A DNA stretch of 64,000 nucleotides from a virus. The notes beneath the pieces are model-generated. The model did not search any database and was not told the origin of the DNA. It saw only the letters and a list, made by a program, of their open reading frames with translations. Position 1 is the first letter of the stretch. Each line of letters begins with the position of its first letter. Shown here one piece after another: positions 53,775 through 62,645 of this stretch. The DNA lies in the IMG/VR virus record IMGVR_UViG_3300042731_008053, one strand, 5' to 3'. Position numbers and translations under genes: made by a program.

Positions 53775-54163
53775 GCACTTTCGGGAGGTAAGTCGCCAGA
53801 ATCTGCCGCACCGTAATCCTCAACCTCAACGACGTTTTCAGGGAGAGCGGGCCGCGAGAAGTGTACTACGTTATTGGGCGGAAAGACCTCATCAGGAGGC
53901 GGCTGAGACGGCTCTGTCTTCGCCTTTTTTGTTGATTTCTTTGCGGTCTTCTTGGCGTTCGAGGCCTTCTTGTTGTCTTCGGGTTTTCCCGTGACCCCTA
54001 ACGCCTTCGCTCGGGTGATCAAAAACGAGACTCCGACGCCCAATAACGGCGCTGCCGCACGAAGCGATCCAGCTTGCTGCACCGCGTATTCGATCATCTG
54101 TTTCTCTACGTGACGAAGCGTCCGTTCGTACGCCGAGTTTTCATTCTTTTTCCGTCGAGCCAT
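53771..54163 (-). CDS. Fis-family HTH DNA-binding protein with Lys-rich tail
   Basis: LRHVEKQMIEYAVQQAGSLRAAAPLLGVGVSFLITRAKALG matches the Fis/HTH_8 C-terminal helix-turn-helix; followed by a KKASNAKKTAKKSTKKAK tail. Confidence 0.55.
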   Translation of the reverse strand: MARRKKNENSAYERTLRHVEKQMIEYAVQQAGSLRAAAPLLGVGVSFLITRAKALGVTGKPEDNKKASNAKKTAKKSTKKAKTEPSQPPPDEVFPPNNVVHFSRPALPENVVEVEDYGAADSGDLPPESA

Positions 54164-54497
54164 CGTCCTCCTCCGGGGCTGGACCCGTGTAATCAAAAGC
54201 CCGCAAATGAATTGCGGCTACAAGAGGGGTCCACACGATCGAGCACAATGCGATCACGAATGGTGTTACCCAAAGGCGTCCGGGGAGACCTAAAAAGGGC
54301 AGATCACGCCACCATCCGATCGAAAAACCGATAGCCAGGCCGTACCAGAAGCCAGAGCACGCTGTGCACATCATGAAGTTGTCGAGCCATTTTGGGTACC
54401 TCGACCATAACCATTGGGTGATCTTGGCGCGCACTCCCAGGTAGTACAGCGACGTCGTCAGGAGAGCGTAAAGGACAGGAACAGCGAAAACACTCAT
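54141..54497 (-). CDS. small membrane protein with CxxC (DUF1360-like, tentative)
   Basis: 3 TM segments; MCTACSGFWYGLAIGF. Confidence 0.45.
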   Translation of the reverse strand: MSVFAVPVLYALLTTSLYYLGVRAKITQWLWSRYPKWLDNFMMCTACSGFWYGLAIGFSIGWWRDLPFLGLPGRLWVTPFVIALCSIVWTPLVAAIHLRAFDYTGPAPEEDDGSTEKE

Positions 54498-55174
54498 CGG
54501 GCTGATCGCTTTCTCCGCCGTGAGCCTTGCTGTTTGGGACGACGGTCCAGACGCCGACGGAACTTGGCCATCTTCTTTTCGATCATTTGTTGTTTGAGTC
54601 CTGCCGTATGATCGATAAGAAGGCCACCGTCGAGGTGTTCGATCTCATGGCAGAGCGCACGCGCGAGAAATCCGTAGGCTTTGATCTCGAAAGCGTCACC
54701 GGCTGGTGTACATGCGCCAACATGAACCCAAACCGGACGCGGCACACGTACCCATACTTTGGGAAACGACAAGCAGCCTTCTCGATCCAGGACAACGTCC
54801 TCGGAGCGGTCCATGATTTTGGGATTGATCAACCCAAACGGGTAACCTTGGGTGAGATTATCTGCGACGTCGCCGGAGACGACCACGACGCGCTCGGTGA
54901 TGCCCACCTGAGGTGCGGCGATGGCGGCGCCGTCATGTCGATCGAGGGCTGCTGCTAGAAAGCGCAGGCCTTGGCGCAGTGTGCTGTGGTCGTCATTGCC
55001 AAAGGCGTCGGACTCGACAGACGTGCATACCTTGCGCAGCCGCGCGTCTCCAAAGACAAGCACGGCCGGGACCGCCTCAGGCGGCAACGCGCCCCAACCG
55101 TAGATCGGCTCGGGCGTCCCCATGATCAGTTTTGAGCGTGGCAGGGGGTTTGTGTTGGCGTCGTCGAGACTCAC
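54494..55174 (-). CDS. def: peptide deformylase
   Basis: Motifs GAAIAAPQVG (motif I), EGCLSFP (motif II), HEIEHLDGGL (motif III). About 40-aa N-terminal extension. Confidence 0.85.
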   Translation of the reverse strand: MSLDDANTNPLPRSKLIMGTPEPIYGWGALPPEAVPAVLVFGDARLRKVCTSVESDAFGNDDHSTLRQGLRFLAAALDRHDGAAIAAPQVGITERVVVVSGDVADNLTQGYPFGLINPKIMDRSEDVVLDREGCLSFPKVWVRVPRPVWVHVGACTPAGDAFEIKAYGFLARALCHEIEHLDGGLLIDHTAGLKQQMIEKKMAKFRRRLDRRPKQQGSRRRKRSAR

Positions 55175-55602
55175 GTCTTGATCTTCTCCCCGCTGTCCAC
55201 GAGGTCACGCAGCTCGTCGGGAAGCTTGTCAAGAGGGTGTCCGGCCGTTGCGAGAGAGTGCCCGTCACGCCCCGTCCAGCCGTCACACAGGTACTGGCAG
55301 TGGACGAAGTCGGTGTTTACCTTACCTCGCATACACAGTCCTGCCGTCCCGGCGCGCATGAGTTTGTTCATCATTTGGAAGCGGGCGTCTTCTTCTTTGG
55401 TAGCAGGATTTTCCTGATCGCCGAGACGTGTCAGTGCGACAGCGCCTTGCTCGATTAAGGCCGCTACCTCTTGCTTACGGGTCTCTTCCCAACGTTTTTG
55501 GGCCAGGGCGCCGTTCTCAAAACTCTTACAATTCCAACACCCTCGACCGCGTTCGACGGTACGGTTGGCAGGTAGGATCACCCGGCCGGCTTTAGGCTTC
55601 AT
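55171..55602 (-). CDS. hypothetical protein
   Basis: ORF track; CWNC...C..C. Confidence 0.45.
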   Translation of the reverse strand: MKPKAGRVILPANRTVERGRGCWNCKSFENGALAQKRWEETRKQEVAALIEQGAVALTRLGDQENPATKEEDARFQMMNKLMRAGTAGLCMRGKVNTDFVHCQYLCDGWTGRDGHSLATAGHPLDKLPDELRDLVDSGEKIKT

Positions 55603-55673
55603 TGATCACCTCCGTGATCGGATTATCACGACAGCATAACGTATCGCAAACGAATTACCGATCGTCGTCTGTC

Positions 55674-55689
55674 GATCGCAGCAGCGATC
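55674..55689. promoter_or_regulatory. Operator-like palindrome GATCGCAGCAGCGATC (copy 4 of 4)
   Basis: GATCGC-N4-GCGATC about 50 bp upstream of ATG 55740; an extra GATCGC half-site at about 55712. Confidence 0.45.
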
Positions 55690-55739
55690 GACTCCGAATT
55701 ATTTGATTTTGATCGCATCTGTGATTAAGTTCCATAGCT

Positions 55740-58202
55740 ATGGCGACCAAGACCAAAAGTCCGCTCCAGTTCGATCAAGCGAAACTCCAGGGAATGCAGG
55801 AGCCTTTGACGGTTCGTGTAGAGAAGATCAAAGGCAATACGCCATCGGCGATCTCGTTGCCAGCAAAGGAGGGTTACGCGCCCGGTGCGGGCTGGTCACG
55901 GGACGAGATCCTCAAAATCGAAGAGTGGTTGGTCACCGATTGGTCCGGCGGAGGGTATTACCGGATCAGCGTTACTGACGCCAACGGCGATACCATGCGG
56001 TGGGATACGATCTACGATCCGCGTACGTTCCCTGAGCAGGTCCCGCCGTCTCTACAAAAGGCCGCCGTTCCGAATCCCGTCGTGAACGTCGCCCAGGGTC
56101 AACAGCAGCAGGCCGCACCACAACAACAGCAAACGCCACCGCAACCGCACGGCACGCCATTTCAGCAGCAGGGCTTTCCGGGGATGTGGCCGCCCCCTGG
56201 CGCTGCGTTCTCTTCGGCACCGGCACAAATGCGGCCAAACCAACAGGTCCCTCCACAGGGGCCGTGGGCCACGCAGGGGCCGACACAGCAGCCCGGTCCG
56301 TGGGGCGCTCCTCCATGGGGCACGCCGCCGTCGGGTCCATGGGGCGCACCGCAGACGACGTTTCTCGGCTACAACCCGATGGGACAACCGATGTGGGGGC
56401 CGCCTCAACCACCTATGCACACCCCGCGTGGATCACTACGGGCGTTCGGCGATCGTCCTGCCCCTGCTCGACGTGACCGTGATCGGGACCGCGAGGAGTA
56501 CGAGCGCCGCCAACGAGAAGAAGAACGCCGCCGTCGGGAACAGGATGAGCAGCGTAAGCGGCACACTGAGGAGCTTCGCGCCCGCGACGAGCAGCTGCGT
56601 CAGATGCAGCTCCAGCAAAAAGAGACAGCGCACCAAGCTGCACTCGAACGCCAGGCCCAGCAGCATGAACAGCAGTTGGCGGCACTCAAAGAAGAGCTTC
56701 GCCGTCTTGGTGAGGGGTCCAAAAACAAAGAGGCCGATGAAGTCCGTGCAGCACGCGAAGCAAAAGAACGGCTCGAACGTGAGCGTGAGCGTGAGCGGAT
56801 CGAAGCGCAGTTCCGGGCACTCCAGGAGGTGATCGCCAAAGTCGCTGAGAAACCCACCGACGATCCCAAAATGCGGTTGATGGAGCAGCAGCTGCAACAA
56901 CAGCGCGCTGAAGCAGAACAGCGCGCCCGCGAGTACGCCGAGCAACTGCGTCGGACTGAGGAACAACGTCAGCGCGACATGGAGCGCGCACAGTGGGAAA
57001 AGGCGCAAGAGCAACTCCAACAACAACTGGCAGCACAGGAGCATCGGACCAAAGAGATGCTCCGCGAGGTGTCATCTACACGGCCCGATCCAATGGTCGA
57101 GTTCATGAAGGAAAATGCGCGGCTTTCACAGGAGCAGGCACGTATGCAAGCCGAGAACATGCGTGAGATCGCCCGCATGCAGCAGACGTCGGCTGATCGC
57201 ATGTCGCAGATGATGATGACACCGCAAGCGCTGGCGTCTATGATCCGCGATTCCAGTTCGGGCGCTGACATGATGCTCAAGAACGTCGTCGGCTCCATGT
57301 CGGGCGTCTTCGACGTCTTCCGGGGCGCGGTCGAACAGATCACGCAGCTCACGGGTGGCGCGCCTGAGCCGCCAGCTGCCCGCATCATCGAGCAGGGTGT
57401 TGCCCGTGCCGGCGAACTTGCCGACCGCTACCTCGCCGTGAAACGCGAGGAGGTGATCAGTAAAGCCCGTGTCGAAGCTGCACAGGCGCAAGCAGATGCG
57501 CATGTCAAGGCGACCGCCGTTCAGGCGCAAATGCAAGCGCAAGCTGAGGCCGCCAACCGCGCAGCGCAACAACAGCAGGCCGCCGCTCGGATGGCATCAC
57601 AACAAGCAGAGACCGTCGGACGCAAACCGACCAACGGTGTGTCGTCAGACAGCGGCCTGGGTGGCGCTGCCCCGCCGCCTCCGACAAAACCTGTACAGGA
57701 AGCCAAAAAGTCAACGCAACCGATCGACGACGGTCAGCAAGACCCGCAGACAGGTCAAACAATCGCCAAGGTCGTGCCGATTCAAGGCAAAAAACGGCAG
57801 GGCTACACCGACGAGGAATGGTTCGGCCCGGCACTCGAATCCGTACGTCGCCTGCGCGCAGGAGTCAAGACGTTCATGGACAACCTGCGGGTCGCACAAG
57901 AAGGAGGCGAGCCCGAGATTGGTGATGACGGTGAACCCACTGGCCTCAACCCGGACAAGGCTGTAGACGCTATTCTCAAGGGCGTCAACTACGTCAGTGT
58001 CAACAGCATCGCTGTCAAAGCATTCGACGACTTGTTCAAGCAAGGCATGTTCGCCGACTTCATGGACATCTGCCTGCCAGAAGCACCCCAGCCGTATCTC
58101 GATGACTGCGTGAAGATCTTGACCGAGGAGGTCGAGATGAATATCACCGACACTCCGCCGGCTGATCTGGTGGATCCCAGTCTTGCGCCGCCTCCGGCGT
58201 AA
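55740..58202 (+). CDS. 820-aa Pro/Gln-rich low-complexity plus long coiled-coil protein (structural/scaffold-like)
   Basis: About 130-aa PQ-rich region (QQQQAAPQQQQTPPQP...PWGAPPWGTPPSGPWGAP), then about 350 aa of charged heptad-like coiled coil, then a C-terminal globular part. Confidence 0.6.
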   Translation: MATKTKSPLQFDQAKLQGMQEPLTVRVEKIKGNTPSAISLPAKEGYAPGAGWSRDEILKIEEWLVTDWSGGGYYRISVTDANGDTMRWDTIYDPRTFPEQVPPSLQKAAVPNPVVNVAQGQQQQAAPQQQQTPPQPHGTPFQQQGFPGMWPPPGAAFSSAPAQMRPNQQVPPQGPWATQGPTQQPGPWGAPPWGTPPSGPWGAPQTTFLGYNPMGQPMWGPPQPPMHTPRGSLRAFGDRPAPARRDRDRDREEYERRQREEERRRREQDEQRKRHTEELRARDEQLRQMQLQQKETAHQAALERQAQQHEQQLAALKEELRRLGEGSKNKEADEVRAAREAKERLERERERERIEAQFRALQEVIAKVAEKPTDDPKMRLMEQQLQQQRAEAEQRAREYAEQLRRTEEQRQRDMERAQWEKAQEQLQQQLAAQEHRTKEMLREVSSTRPDPMVEFMKENARLSQEQARMQAENMREIARMQQTSADRMSQMMMTPQALASMIRDSSSGADMMLKNVVGSMSGVFDVFRGAVEQITQLTGGAPEPPAARIIEQGVARAGELADRYLAVKREEVISKARVEAAQAQADAHVKATAVQAQMQAQAEAANRAAQQQQAAARMASQQAETVGRKPTNGVSSDSGLGGAAPPPPTKPVQEAKKSTQPIDDGQQDPQTGQTIAKVVPIQGKKRQGYTDEEWFGPALESVRRLRAGVKTFMDNLRVAQEGGEPEIGDDGEPTGLNPDKAVDAILKGVNYVSVNSIAVKAFDDLFKQGMFADFMDICLPEAPQPYLDDCVKILTEEVEMNITDTPPADLVDPSLAPPPA

Positions 58203-58213
58203 AGGAGTCTTTC

Positions 58214-58405
58214 GTGATCAAAACTGTAACGGTCTGCGATGGATGTCAGGCCGAAACGCGTACTGAGTATGAAGAGTCGCCGCTCGATTGGGGTTACGTT
58301 GAGGTAGTGCACCCTCAAGACGAGCGCAGCAACCGAGCATTACGCAAGGTAAACCTGTGTGGAACTTGCATGGGCAATTTGCCCGTTGCCTTACAACCCG
58401 AATGA
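58214..58405 (+). CDS. hypothetical zinc-ribbon protein
   Basis: CDGCQ...CGTC; GTG start. Confidence 0.35.
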   Translation: MIKTVTVCDGCQAETRTEYEESPLDWGYVEVVHPQDERSNRALRKVNLCGTCMGNLPVALQPE

Positions 58406-58914
58406 CTGATCTTCTACACACACCCATCCACGCGTTGCTCAACGAGGGAGATCTCGACGCCAGCGCTGTCAGCACACAGTTTGACGACGAACGAAACCTG
58501 TTTGTCATGGTAGCAACGGGCGGCTTTGCCGACCAAATGCAACAAATGACAGGTGCGTTTTTGCATCAGATCAAAACACAACAGGCGGTGGAACAGTCTA
58601 CTGCGCCAACGATGTCGCCCGACGAAATCAAGGCGGCCTTCAAAGCCAAGATCGATCAAGTCGAGACGCAGATGGCGTGTCCTGAGTGTGCTGCTACGTT
58701 CCACGCCAAAACATGGATGCGAGCCAACCCTAAAGCAAAGGGGATGCTAAACCTGTTTACGGCGCTGACAGATCTGTTTGCGTTACCGTCAATGACACCA
58801 CTATTGGGTCAGCTCTTGCCGCAAATTGGTGCAGCCGTCATGCGTGAAAACGAAGACGTTGGCAATCGGTTGATGGACGCTCTGCAAGAAGTCATCGGTG
58901 TGATGTCAGACTAG
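58402..58914 (+). CDS. hypothetical protein
   Basis: ATGA overlap; CPEC. Confidence 0.45.
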   Translation: MTDLLHTPIHALLNEGDLDASAVSTQFDDERNLFVMVATGGFADQMQQMTGAFLHQIKTQQAVEQSTAPTMSPDEIKAAFKAKIDQVETQMACPECAATFHAKTWMRANPKAKGMLNLFTALTDLFALPSMTPLLGQLLPQIGAAVMRENEDVGNRLMDALQEVIGVMSD

Positions 58915-59852
58915 ACATCTGCGGGCGCCGCAGTGGCAATACGACGCCATGCCTTCATGTCCGGTTCTTTCGCATCGAGTGAGATCGTACGGGACTCTTT
59001 GGTCCACGTACTTTTGCCGTCGTTGGTACCTGCAACACGCGTCCAACCTTTCGCCTCCAGGTAGGCAGCTGGAGAGCCGTAGTCGATTGGCGCACGCTTT
59101 TTCGGATCGAGATAACGCGACGAACAGTGTAAGGCGCGTAAACGTTCTGCCCAGAGCGAGCCAAAAGCTGCGCATAGCACATCGGGCTGCTCCATAACGG
59201 CGCCGTGCTGTAACATCCGATCGAACGGCCAAATGTTCCGGGCTGTCTTTACATCCACGACAGGAGCGGCCAGGTGTTTGTGCTGCAAGATGCTCCACTC
59301 GACACCTATCGCAGCCAACACGGCATCCATTGATGCGTCTAGTCCGCGCTGCCTGGCGTCTGAACGAGGTGACCAATTGAGTTGCTCTAGAACACGACGC
59401 TGAAGAATCCGTCCCGCTCCACTTGGACGGCGGTGCTGCCCTGGAGGTCTCTTGAAATGCGCGGCGCGCCAGGATTGCGTGCACAAAAAGTACGTACCGA
59501 CGAAACCGACAGCAGGGTGACGTTCGCCAGTATCACACAACAGGTCGAAGGCGTACGGATGTGCCAGGTCGTCTGAGCCGAGCGTGATCACGTGTGTGAT
59601 GTTACCGGCAGCCGATCCCAGGGCACGCATGGCCGTGTTGAGTTTGAGACCTAACGGCGCACTGGGACAGTAAAATAGTTCCCAGCCCCGCGCATACGCG
59701 TGTTGAACGGTTGATACCTGTGTCTCGGCTGAGTACGCGGCGTAAAGGCTGATTGATCGCGGAGACGCGTCTCGAAGCTCCGCGTAGTAGTCGATCGTGA
59801 TTGACTCAATGGCAGGTCGATCCCAAAAAGACGTGAGGAGCGCGACCCTCAT
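58911..59852 (-). CDS. putative glycosyltransferase-like protein (GT-A-like, tentative)
   Basis: Internal ATG (MRVALLTSFWDRP...) with ATGA overlap to the upstream acyltransferase; VITLGSDDL acidic motif. Weak assignment. Confidence 0.4.
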   Translation of the reverse strand: MRVALLTSFWDRPAIESITIDYYAELRDASPRSISLYAAYSAETQVSTVQHAYARGWELFYCPSAPLGLKLNTAMRALGSAAGNITHVITLGSDDLAHPYAFDLLCDTGERHPAVGFVGTYFLCTQSWRAAHFKRPPGQHRRPSGAGRILQRRVLEQLNWSPRSDARQRGLDASMDAVLAAIGVEWSILQHKHLAAPVVDVKTARNIWPFDRMLQHGAVMEQPDVLCAAFGSLWAERLRALHCSSRYLDPKKRAPIDYGSPAAYLEAKGWTRVAGTNDGKSTWTKESRTISLDAKEPDMKAWRRIATAAPADV

Positions 59853-60604
59853 GGCTTCACGTGGTCGATGCAGCGAGCGGGGTTTCCAGCCCAGATTTCG
59901 CCGGGGCCAACATTTTTGGTGACGACAGCACCCATGCCGATGATGGCGTCGTCTCCGATACGAACGCCGTTTCGGATCATCGCGCCCTGGTAGATACGGC
60001 AACGCTTACCGACGCGAACCCATCCTGCCAACGAGGCGTGGGACACAATCAACGTGTGCTGATCAAGACGTGTGTCGTGTCCGATGTTGACGTAACGACC
60101 GATACGACAACCATCTTCGATCGTCGTGTTGCCGACGGTCCCACGAACGACGGTCGTGTAGTCCAGGATGTGTACGTCTTTACCGATGAAGACCCCGCCG
60201 ACTGCCGGAATCGGTTGCCAGCGACCGTCGATGCACTCGTAGTTTTGTGCTTCAACACCCAAGAGGGCAGTTTTTTGTACTAGCGCAGACGGTGCGCGGA
60301 TGATAGCAGCAGCGTTATGCAGAAAAAACTGCTTCAACGTGGCGGTGACAAGCGTTCTAGGGGACGAGTGTTGAACAATGAGTTGTTCGGGCAAACAGTG
60401 GTGAGGGTACGGATCGTTGAGAATGAGTACCGTCCCTTCATACGCTTTGGACGGGGGATGTCGCATCCACGTGATGCTGCCCGACGTAGCATCTTCGTAG
60501 TGCGCAAAAGAATTGATGTAGATCGACGCACAGTTTTCGCCGTCATGGACGATGCGTGCACCGTGCGCTAAGAAGAATTGACGGAAGTACTCAACGTTCA
60601 TCAT
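59849..60604 (-). CDS. left-handed beta-helix hexapeptide-repeat acyl/acetyltransferase (LpxD/PglD-like)
   Basis: Tandem hexapeptide repeats VGNTTIEDGCRIGRYVNIGHDTRLDQHTLIVSHASLAGWVRVGKRCRIYQGAMIRNGVRIGDDAIIGMGAVV. Confidence 0.7.
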   Translation of the reverse strand: MMNVEYFRQFFLAHGARIVHDGENCASIYINSFAHYEDATSGSITWMRHPPSKAYEGTVLILNDPYPHHCLPEQLIVQHSSPRTLVTATLKQFFLHNAAAIIRAPSALVQKTALLGVEAQNYECIDGRWQPIPAVGGVFIGKDVHILDYTTVVRGTVGNTTIEDGCRIGRYVNIGHDTRLDQHTLIVSHASLAGWVRVGKRCRIYQGAMIRNGVRIGDDAIIGMGAVVTKNVGPGEIWAGNPARCIDHVKP

Positions 60605-61194
60605 CGAAGTTTGGTTCGTCGAAGCGTGGCTGGAATACCTACGTAGACACCGGCGACGTCGCAGTCTTTGGTGACGAGTGCCTTCGCCCCGATCGTGACG
60701 TCATCGGCAATACGGATGCCAGGATGCAACACGGCTGCGGTACCGATGTGACAACGTTTTCCGATGTGAGCGCCACCAATGGCCTCGCCCGTATGCGTCA
60801 GGTTGATCGTCATGACTTGAGGAGAGATGAACGTATGGTCCTCAACGTCACAACCCCGGGCGATGATAGCATCGTAACGGACAGTGACATTGTTGCCGAT
60901 CACGCAGTCACCGCTCATCTTGACACCGCTGTCGATGTAACAGTCGCGGCCGATACGTGTGCCTTTACGCAGCTCGATGTAGGCCCGCAACACGGTTCCA
61001 GGTCCAACGACAACATCCTCCTCGATGATGCAAAACGGACCGACTGTGATGTCGTCAATCGGCGACTGGATGATCGAGGACGGATGGATGCCCCGGATAG
61101 TCACGATAGACGTCAGCGTAACACGAACGCCGGTCAATCGTAGTCGTAGAAGCTTTCGATTCCGTAGAAGATGAGTAGAGCCGGAATGCCGCAA
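60601..61194 (-). CDS. second hexapeptide-repeat (LbH) transferase
   Basis: IHPSSIIQSPIDDITVGPFCIIEEDVVVGPGTVL...IGNNVTV...IGGAHIGKRCHIGTAAVLHPGIRIADDVTIGAKALV; the true start may be an internal GTG/TTG. Confidence 0.6.
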   Translation of the reverse strand: MRHSGSTHLLRNRKLLRLRLTGVRVTLTSIVTIRGIHPSSIIQSPIDDITVGPFCIIEEDVVVGPGTVLRAYIELRKGTRIGRDCYIDSGVKMSGDCVIGNNVTVRYDAIIARGCDVEDHTFISPQVMTINLTHTGEAIGGAHIGKRCHIGTAAVLHPGIRIADDVTIGAKALVTKDCDVAGVYVGIPATLRRTKLR

Positions 61195-61328
61195 AGAAGT
61201 GCGAGCGCTATGATGCCAGGCCGGTCCAGGACGTCAACCAATGCTGCGCCCGTAGCCACGCCCAAAAAATAGGCGATCCATTTGTAGACGGTTGGAAGCC
61301 GCAGAAGGCGTTTCTTCTTTACCGGCAT
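61134..61328 (-). CDS. small membrane protein
   Basis: 2 TM segments. Confidence 0.35.
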   Translation of the reverse strand: MPVKKKRLLRLPTVYKWIAYFLGVATGAALVDVLDRPGIIALALLCGIPALLIFYGIESFYDYD

Positions 61329-61564
61329 TTCGGACGCACGTTGTGGCTAGCTGCCAATAACGCCTCTTCTAGTCGTGCAAGCGTATGCTCACACTTGGTG
61401 CGCACACGAGGAGGCACACCATTGACAAGACCGCACGCAACGCCGAAATCGCGCGTCGCCAAAAGCAGGTCGCTGTAGGCAGCCTCACACGATTTTTGTT
61501 TCGTCGCACGACGCATCCAACGTCGAGCACTGCGGACGCGTTGTTTGAATAGTCGAGAACTCAT
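61319..61564 (-). CDS. hypothetical basic protein
   Basis: ORF track. Confidence 0.35.
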   Translation of the reverse strand: MSSRLFKQRVRSARRWMRRATKQKSCEAAYSDLLLATRDFGVACGLVNGVPPRVRTKCEHTLARLEEALLAASHNVRPKCR

Positions 61565-61977
61565 CGTTGGTAACGACGCTGCATTCGGTCGCGACGACGT
61601 TTAGCAGTTCGTAAAACGCGCTCGCGCCGACGACTCCAGGTGTCGTCCCAATCAGCAAGCTTGCGGTCGCGTTTCATCTGAGCCCAGCGCTCAGCATCCT
61701 GTTCAAAGCCGGCATTGTAGATGCGGACCAACGTCAGAACAGAAATGATGCTCGACGAGATCAATGATCCAAGAAACGCCTTTTTGGGTTGTACGCCTAC
61801 AGCCAACATGCCAGGCATGATGAGAAGCGTACGTGCGAGCGTCCATCCTACGAGACGGACCCCAGAGCCGTTCTTCTTTTCAAGGACGTCTGCGATGGTC
61901 GCGTACGTTGGTAACGCTGCACGCGATTCAACGATGTCAGTCTCGCCCAGACCCCAGGCATCCATGTCGTCGGTCAT
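61561..61977 (-). CDS. hypothetical membrane protein
   Basis: TM segment LLIMPGMLAVGV...LISSSIISVLTLV. Confidence 0.45.
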   Translation of the reverse strand: MTDDMDAWGLGETDIVESRAALPTYATIADVLEKKNGSGVRLVGWTLARTLLIMPGMLAVGVQPKKAFLGSLISSSIISVLTLVRIYNAGFEQDAERWAQMKRDRKLADWDDTWSRRRERVLRTAKRRRDRMQRRYQR

Positions 61978-62032
61978 GTTCCTCTCAGGCTACCAGTAGA
62001 TTACAGATGCGATCAATGATACATCTAGTAGC

Positions 62033-62254
62033 ATGGTAGTTGCCGAATGCCGTCAATGTTCAGGACAAGCTGTGGAGGTCTGGCAACGTAAGACTTCACA
62101 CCTGGATGGGTCGTCGCTGCTTGGAATTGATATTCCAGGAGTAGACACCCTAACGTCTGGCGCCAAGGCCGTGTTTTATGTCGGGATCGGCACTGCACTA
62201 ATCGTTGGCAGCATGTTTGTGTGGCGCTTGATCGACACATTTATGGGGGATTGA
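62033..62254 (+). CDS. hypothetical small protein with C-terminal TM
   Basis: ORF track. Confidence 0.3.
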   Translation: MVVAECRQCSGQAVEVWQRKTSHLDGSSLLGIDIPGVDTLTSGAKAVFYVGIGTALIVGSMFVWRLIDTFMGD

Positions 62255-62303
62255 TGCATCAGAAGGTACCTCGGGGGATTGCCCTCAGTATGTTACGCTG
62301 AGG

Positions 62304-62609
62304 GTGATGGCTAGACGGCGAGCGTCCAAAGCAGAACGATGTAGCGTACGTGACGGGTTGACGATCGCGGACGCAAAACGCTACTGGAATCGTCCAGGAC
62401 CCGGCCATGGATCACGCCAACGCACCCAGCGTGGAGCGGACTGGGAACGACGGGGAAATAAGGTCGCGATGTTTGACCGCGACGACAACCGCACGACGTT
62501 TACGTGCGAAGGTGGGCGCATCGTTGCTCGTACCGACTACGTAGAAGACCTTCCCTCCCTTACCCGTAGCCGTCGTCGTACCAAACGGCGCCGAGTTGCG
62601 AAACGCTGA
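62304..62609 (+). CDS. hypothetical basic protein
   Basis: ORF track. Confidence 0.35.
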   Translation: MMARRRASKAERCSVRDGLTIADAKRYWNRPGPGHGSRQRTQRGADWERRGNKVAMFDRDDNRTTFTCEGGRIVARTDYVEDLPSLTRSRRRTKRRRVAKR

Positions 62610-62645
62610 ACACAACACTCATCTCTACTCGAAACGAACGCTGTT

